Positions 50,701 to 59,700 of a stretch of DNA of 64,000 nucleotides are shown piece after piece; positions within the stretch are counted from its first letter, which is position 1; each line of letters opens with the position of its first letter. The DNA is from Amphiscolops sp. MND2022 (taxonomy: Eukaryota). Location of the stretch: positions 10,914,001 through 10,978,000 of the forward strand of contig OZ076409.1 in NCBI GenBank assembly GCA_964187785.1, written 5' to 3'. The notes beneath the pieces were generated by a model, which made no database searches, was not told where the DNA came from, and saw nothing but the letters and a program-made list of their open reading frames with translations. The position numbers and the translations under genes are program-made.

Positions 50701-53700
50701 CGATCCAGTACCTGGAAAAAGTATCTATTCGGTTGTTCATTTCTACAAAGAGGGCAGAATAACTCGCGAACGACTTACAACCATGTCAGGAGAAGCAGAA
50801 AGATATTTGGTTGAAGGTTAGTCAGTTAACATCTGCTTACATTCACTAGTTTCATCAAATCCCACAGGTAACAGGAAGCAAAGTGACTTCTCAATGGATT
50901 TTACTTCCAAAGTTTGTGAAAGCTTGTTTAACCTTAAGTTGGCCAGGAAAAATCTTGTTCCATTGGCTCCGAACTTTGCGCCAAAACTTTGCACGCGTCG
51001 TGTCTCTTCTTGCTTTTCAGCATGTTTCAAAACATGCTGGGGCCGCTTTGACCCAATGTTGATACCAGTGGGATAAAAGGGGCACAAACGAAAACTGGGA
51101 AAACGGAAAATCTGCACTTATTTTTCTTTTGATTTTTTCGCCTCATTTTCTGGATTTTGGAGACATCACGTCAATTTTCCGTGAAAAGGCGCCGAATGCT
51201 ATGCAATATTGTCTGAAACTCTTATTAAAGGGTTTGCTTTACCATACAATCAGCTGGTGCGTTAAGAATTTGCAGAAACTAAATGCGCCAAATTTGGCAC
51301 ATTGGCCAAGTTAAGGTTAAGACTATCAAAAAATGACTTGATGAAGAATTGAGTTTTACCCGTACTGAGATTCCATGACTAGATTTTTATAGCTACGAGT
51401 GGTCCATGGCAGTTCCATTTCTGGACAAACCTGGATTAGCCCTGACCTGGCAAAGAAATCCAAATTTGAAAGCCCAAGAACTAACTACGCTTACTCTGAA
51501 CTGATCTATGGATCACCCTGACCATGGATTGAATTGAAAAGAACGACTAGTAATTCAATTCCATCCCTGTCAATGGATGAAAAACCAACCATCATTACGA
51601 TACTTATGCCGCAACGAACTAACAAGATCTTGCTAGTCCTTGTTATACGGTTCATCCGTCAATCAAGTAACTGACCTTTACCGAACTTCGGTTATAGACA
51701 TACCTGTCTACTGTTTACAAACACTAGATGTAAAACTCCTACGTCACTTTATGTTAATGTGATATAGCATACGCTTGAGTATAAAGAGATATTATTTTAG
51801 AAAACCTTATTCTTTTCTTAGAACTAGTTCGAAAAACTTTAATCAAGATTTCAAAACAAACTGAAAATTTTAATCGGAACCATGGCAAAAAAAATATCGT
51901 ACCGAACCTAGAAGCAAAGGCATCGGACGGGAATCCAATCTTTACTCCGAAACAATGGTTGGAGAGATTCCGACAGTTTTCTAAACGGGAACACAAGAAC
52001 GATATCACACCGCTAGTAAAAGGAGAAGATATCACAGGAACCGGATGGACTGCCGAAAAAGAAGCAAACATTCAAGAACACTTTATCTGGTGAGTGGGAC
52101 CGGAAGCGCTATACCAGATAACCCGAGCCGACTAGAAAACGGAACCGGACAGCATCAAAATTCAAGACCTAATCCGGGTATATAACGAACACTACCTCCC
52201 AAAACGAAATATATAACACAACAGTGGAGATTTCTTTTTGGCAAAACAATCGGAAAATGAAACACTCGAAGAATTCTGCAGACGTTTAATCGAGATCAAA
52301 AAAGAATGTAATTTCGGTACCATCTCAGCCGAAGAACTATTAATATCCAAATACATGACCGCGATCACCGACAAGAAGTTACGGGACAAACAAATGAAAA
52401 AAAAGCATTAGAGATGAAAAAATTATCGAAATGATCCAACAAAATACCTACGAAAAAAAAACAAGAAAAACACAAAACCAGAAACCTCACTAACAACGAA
52501 AGAAAAACAAATAATCAAAGACGAACCAATATAGATGAATGGAAAAATTCTGAACCAGACCGAAAACAGAAATAACAGGGAACCGACCATGCAGATTCTG
52601 CAATGCACCAAATTGGAGCCCAAAACATAAGTGTCCAGCACAAGAATCAAACTGCAATAACTGTGGAAAAAAAGGACACTACGCAGGGGCATGCAAACAA
52701 AGAACAAAAAATAACCGAACAGTGAGAAAACTTACCGAAGAGGAAGAAACAGAGTCGAACGAATCGATGAGCGAACCTGATGAGAGCATATACCACATAG
52801 AAGAAATAAAAAACATTGTGGAACAACAGAAACACTACAGAGCAAAAATAAAAATCAACGGGACACCAAAAGAATTCATCATCGATACCGGATCTCCAGT
52901 AACCATAATGCCATTATATGAACAAATAATGAACAAAACCGAAATTCAGAAAAAACGGAACCGATATCAAGATGTAAATAAAAATGAAGTAAAATTCCGG
53001 GGGAAGAAACCGGTAGACATGGAATACGAAAAACAAAAGATGGAAATACTAATCACCGAAAAAACGGACATAACACCGCTATTAGACATGGACTGGATGA
53101 AAAATTCAAATTGACAATCGGAAAAATACAATTAGCCGAAATCAACCAATTGGAAAAAGAGAAAGTTATCAACAAGTTTCCGGACCTGTTGGAGAACAAC
53201 CGGACAATAAAAGATACTGAAATGAATAAACAATTGAAACCCGGACACTACCCGGTGAAACAAAAAGCCAGACCAATCCCGCTACACCTACAAGAAGATG
53301 TAGGACGAGAACTTGAAAAAGTAATAAAAGCCGGACACTTAGAGAAAGTAAATAATGTGTTTGAAGACTCCTTCGTATCACCGGTAGTAATAACGGTAAA
53401 GAATGACAAATCAGTGAAAATAGCACTGGATTCCCGAAAACTAAATGACAGTTGTATTAAACGGAGACCACAGATGCCAAAAATGGAACAATTGTTAAAT
53501 CAGATGTCGGTGGAAGTTACACGGGACCGAACAATTCAACTAGTAAGTTCTTGAATCGATTTAGATTACGCATACGGATAATTGAAAATATCTGAAGAAG
53601 CAAGCCGACAATGCGTATTTGCAATTACCGGAGCAAACTTTAGCGGATACTATAAATTTAAAAAAGGGTTTTACGGACTCGCCGACATCCCCACAATCTT

Positions 53701-56700
53701 CCAAGAAAAAATTGACCGAACACTGGAATACAGCACCCCGGCATGGCTAGATGACATCATAGTAGTAACACGTGGAAATAAACAAGAACATGGGAAGAAA
53801 CTAATCGATGTGTTATCTAAACTCGAAAAAGCCGGGTACCGAGCAAGTAAAAGAAAATCAGAATTTTTCCTAAAACAAATAAAATGGTTGGGACACGAAA
53901 TCAATGAAAACGGAATAAAATCGAACGAAGAGAAAGTCGAAGCGATACAAAAGTTGAAGTCACCGAACAGTTAAAAAGAATTGAAGTTATTTCTCGGTGC
54001 AATACAATACCTTGCAAAATTCCTACCGAAACTATCGGAAAAGACGGACCAATTGAGAAAACTGTTGAAAAAGAATGAACCATGGATTTGGGGAGAAGAA
54101 CAAGAAAAAAATTTTAAACAAATAAAACAGAGGCTGACCGAGAAACCATGTGTAGCACACTATGCAAAAGACAAGTATAACATGGTAACGACAGATGGGA
54201 TTGAAGCCGGTCTCGGTAGTACACTCTGACAAAAACAAGACAACGGATAAATCAAATCGATCGCATCCGGCAGCAGATATTTAAACGATACCAAAAAAAC
54301 TATTCAATCGGTGAACTCGAACTATTAGCAGTAGTCAGGGCATTGGAAAAAGTCCGATTTTATTTATAAGGAAAGAAAGTACATTTATATACAGACCACA
54401 AAGCACTAGAACCGGTAGAACGAGCACCGACAGAAAGTAATTACGACGAAGAATATGTGATTAACGCAAAATATGGTTCGCTATTCGACAGCCAATCAAA
54501 AAACAGTAAACAAGACATCGAGATAAAACAAAATCCATCCGAGAACAGAAATGAGCAAAAGAACGACCAATCACATGAAAGTAGAACATTCCAGAACAAA
54601 TGCCACGTGAACAAAACTAACCAAAGCGAAAACACTACATTCTGAGTAGTAGCAGTCTGAAATCAGCTCCGCAAAGATAAGTTCAAATACAAAAAGAGAA
54701 GAAACTATTGCTGGCGAGAAAATGAACCGAGAAAACCTATACTACTGGGGGTCAACCCGGGAATCAATGGAAATCATCAGGAGACGAAATAAAAGCCCCG
54801 AAACGCGAAGACTGGTAGATAGGAGAGACGTCCTTGCCAGACCCGGAACAATGCGGAGACGGTACGACCCGCAATCACAGAGAATGATATTGACACCGTC
54901 TCAACCGAATAAAAGAAGCCGGGAAGAAAATGCGGAGATATTCTTTTCTTAGAACTAGTTCGAAAAACTTTAATCAAGATTTCAAAACAAACTGAAAATT
55001 TTAATCGGAACCATGGCAAAAAAAAATATCGTACCGAACCTAGAAGCAAAGGCATCGGACGGGAATCCAATCTTTACTCCGAAACAATGGTTGGAGAGAT
55101 TCCGACAGTTTTCTAAACGGGAACACAAGAACGATATCACACCGCTAGTAAAAGGAGAAGATATCACAGGAACCGGATGGACTGCCGAAAAAGAAGCAAA
55201 CATTCAAGAACACTTTATCTGGTGAGTGGGACCGGAAGCGCTATACCAGATAACCCGAGCCGAGTAGAAAACGGAACCGGACAGCATCAAAATTCAAGAC
55301 CTAATCCGGGTATATAACGAACACTACCTCCCAAAACGAAATATATAACACAACAGTGGAGATTTCTTTTTGGCAAAACAATCGGAAAATGAAACACTCG
55401 AAGAATTCTGCAGACGTTTAATCGAGATCAAAAAAGAATGTAATTTCGGTACCATCTCAGCCGAAGAACTATTAATATCCAAATACATGACCGCGATCAC
55501 CGACAAGAAGTTACGGGACAAACAAATGAAAAAAAAGCATTAGAGATGAAAAAATTATCGAAATGATCCAACAAAATACCTACGAAAAAAAAACAAGAAA
55601 AACACAAAACCAGAAACCTCACTAACAACGAAAGAAAAACAAATAATCAAAGACGAACCAATATAGATGAATGGAAAAATTCTGAACCAGACCGAAAACA
55701 GAAATAACAGGGAACCGACCATGCAGATTCTGCAATGCACCAAATTGGAGCCCAAAACATAAGTGTCCAGCACAAGAATCAAACTGCAATAACTGTGGAA
55801 AAAAAAGGACACTACGCAGGGGCATGCAAACAAAGAACAAAAAATAACCGAACAGTGAGAAAACTTACCGAAGAGGAAGAAACAGAGCCGAACGAATCGA
55901 TGAGCGAACCTGATGAGAGCATATACCACATAGAAGAAATAAAAAACATTGTGGAACAACAGAAACACTACAGAGCAAAAATAAAAATCAACGGAACACC
56001 AAAAGAATTCATCATCGATACCGGATCTCCAGTAACCATAATGCCATTATATGAACAAATAATGAACAAAACCGAAATTCAGAAAAAACGGAACCGATAT
56101 CAAGATGTAAATAAAAATGAAGTAAAATTCCGGGGGAAGAAACCGGTAGACATGGAATACGAAAAACAAAAGATGGAAATACTAATCACCGAAAAAACGG
56201 ACATAACACCGCTATTAGACATGGACTGGATGAAAAATTCAAATTGACAATCGGAAAAATACAATTAGCCGAAATCAACCAATTGGAAAAAGAGAAAGTT
56301 ATCAACAAGTTTCCGGACCTGTTGGAGAACAACCGGACAATAAAAGATACTGAAATGAATAAACAATTGAAACCCGGACACTACCCGGTGAAACAAAAAG
56401 CCAGACCAATCCCGCTACACCTACAAGAAGATGTAGGACGAGAACTTGAAAAAGTAATAAAAGCCGGACACTTAGAGAAAGTAAATAATGTGTTTGAAGA
56501 CTCCTTCGTATCACCGGTAGTAATAACGGTAAAGAATGACAAATCAGTGAAACGACCAATCACATGCAAATCAGAGCATGACCAAATCAGAGCAAAAGAA
56601 CGACCAATCACATGAAAGTAGAACATTCCAGAACAAATGCCACGTGAACAAAACTAACCAAAGCGAAAACACTACATTCTGAGTAGTAGCAGTCTGAAAT

Positions 56701-59700
56701 CAGCTCCGCAAAGATAAGTTCAAATACAAAAAGAGAAGAAACTATTGCTGGCGAGAAAATGAACCGAGAAAACCTATACTACTGGGGGTCAACCCGGGAA
56801 TCAATGGAAATCATCAGGAGACGAAATAAAAGCCCCGAAACGCGAAGACTGGTAGATAGGAGAGACGTCCTTGCCAGACCCGGAACAATGCGGAGACGGT
56901 ACGACCCGCAATCACAGAGAATGAAATTGACACCGTCTCAACCGAATAAAAGAAGCCGGGAAGAAAATGCGGAGATAGACGCCGAAACCACACGAAGAAC
57001 AAACCGAAATGGGGGGGGATATCGACCAATACAAGACGAAGAAGAAGAAGAGCTGGAAGCATCGGGGAAAAAGAAGAACTGCAGGCCGAACAAAATACGG
57101 AAGATAGTGTGATATTGCGGGGAGACAACATGCCGATCGTCGACCTCAGCAAATACCACACAGAAGGCAAGGAAGCCCACTACATTCAAATAAACCACAT
57201 AGTGAGAAGGCTCACCGAAAAGAAAAAAATGACGGAGGAGACCATAAAGAAGGCGGAATTTATTTTGATGCTTGATCTGAAAACACTTATCTCCAAAAAG
57301 CAATTGATCCGGAAATGACACGAGTCCGAGCCAGCATCAGAAGAGAAGAAAGAGACACCGCACCGGAAGGTTATAGACCGTTATTCGACAAACTCTTAAT
57401 TCGGAGGGGTTTAGTCTTTGTAGATGACCAGATCGCCGGTCCCATCGACTTACGAAGAAGACTTATTGAAATTCTACATTTCGGTCATTCCGGAACAACC
57501 AAAATATTATCGGATGCACAGATCTTTTTGTGACCGGATATGCCGAAGGACATCAAACAAAAAGTAATGGACTGCACGGCTTGCTTAGCTACACGTAAGA
57601 ACCTTAAATACCAAAAATCCCAAAAATCAGTACGAACCCGGACAAGAACTACAAATAGATTTTACCGGAAAATTACATGAAAAGAGCTAGAACGGAGAAC
57701 CCCAAATACTAATTGCAATAGATCGGTTTAGCAAATGGCCGACAGCAAAAAATTGCAAAACGTCGGAAACAAAAGGAGTTATAAGTTTCCTATCAAATCA
57801 GTTTAATTTATACGGTGTTCCAGTAAAAATTAAAACCGATCAAGGCAGGGCATTTATTTCAACCGAATACAAAACATTTTGTAAATCCCGAAATATAGAA
57901 ATACAATATTGACCACCGCGAATGCATACCGGAAACAGAACAGTTGAAAGAGCAGTACAAACAATGAAAAACCTAATACTAGCCAATATGGAAGACGGTA
58001 ACAATTTAACCGAAAGCATAAACAGGACATTAAGAGTAATGCGGTTCACAATACACACGGGACTAACGAAAACACCATTTGAACTACATCACGGTCGAAA
58101 ACCGAGAACAAAACTAACTAATATAATAAAAGACGGGAAATCTTTTCGGTCAAATTGGTCAGAACTGTCCATGTTAGCACCAAATAGGCCAAAAATACCA
58201 TTATATGTCGGAGAGATGCTGACGGGGAAATCGCCAACCACATTGTGATGGCCAGAACAGAAACCGAAGAACGATTTCTGGCTGCGAACTCAAAATCACC
58301 GAAGAAAAGGAACTCGGTTAGATATCCTATTTAAATTCTTAGAAAAAAGACACAACCGAAAATCCTTAGAAGGTAGATTTCAATCAAAAATACAAACCGC
58401 AATAAGCGGAACTGAAAACACCGTAAAACAGATACGGGGAGAATAATACACCGAAAACTTATTTCGGGTCCACTATTTCAGAGTGAGAAAAGACACCGAA
58501 GAAAGTCGGCACCTACAGTCTCTGCTGAAATAACACCAAAGAACCGACATTGCCTACGAGGACTCCACGGCAAATACGGAAAGTGGGATGAAATCTTGAG
58601 AGACATCCTAAACGGGAAATTGCGAATTGTGCAAAACAAAAGAAAACCGATACTGAGACGGAAGATGAAGATGACGACAACGATGACGAAGAAGAAACAC
58701 CGGAAGAAGCACGGAAAACATACGACAGAGAGAGAGGGACGGTATGTTCCGATACGGACAGATCCCGAAAACGGTGTGATACAAATTCACACAGACGGAG
58801 AAATGCCCCAGGGTGAGAATTCAGAAAATAAACATAAACGTTCAAACCGAAACGCTAATAGACCGAACAGATACGGTAGCATATCTTATAAAGGAAATTT
58901 TTTGGGTATGAAAAGTTTGTTTGTGTTACAGGTCAAATTTGGAACCGAACAAAAGGCACACCCCAGCCGATACCAGGAACTATACAAAAGCCTCAAGACT
59001 TTCTGCCGGACAACATCATCCAGCCTCCGAAGGACCCCAGAGAGAGAAGAGGGAATGTTATACGGTTCATCCGTCAATCCAGAAACTGACCTCTACCGAA
59101 CTTCGGTTATAGACATACCTGTCTACTGTTTACAAACACTAGATGTAAAACTCCTACATCACTTTATGTTATTGTGATATAGCATACGCTTGAGTATATA
59201 GAGATAGTAATTTAGAAAACCTTATTCTTTTCTTAGAACTAGTTCGAAATTCAACAGTTCTATCAACAGCCAATAAGAAGGCGTTGTTATTTCAATGGAG
59301 TCTCAATAGTGGTAGGCATGAAGGCGGCTTCAAACATGGAGAAAAAGTGTTTTTCTGATAACTTTCTCATTGAAACTTTTTACAGACTTTACGCCTAAGT
59401 TCTAAATGTTCCCATGGAGCCCTTGCAAGGATCCTGAAGGCTACTTTGAGCTTTTCATAGTTTTTGCTAAATCCTCGAAACTATCTGAGACCAAATGGTC
59501 GCAAAGGTCTCAGGGTCTCCCTTGGGAGCTTTTTTCGGAGAATCTTTTGATTTTTTTCATCAATTAAGTTTTTCATTGATGTTTCATTTATGAAGAAGCC
59601 TTTTTTGAACCCGAAGGGCTTTCTTTTTTTCGGTGTTCCTATGAACTTGTTGTAAGAACATTGCACTTTGTGAGCTTTAAGCGGGGCGCCGACTTGAGAC

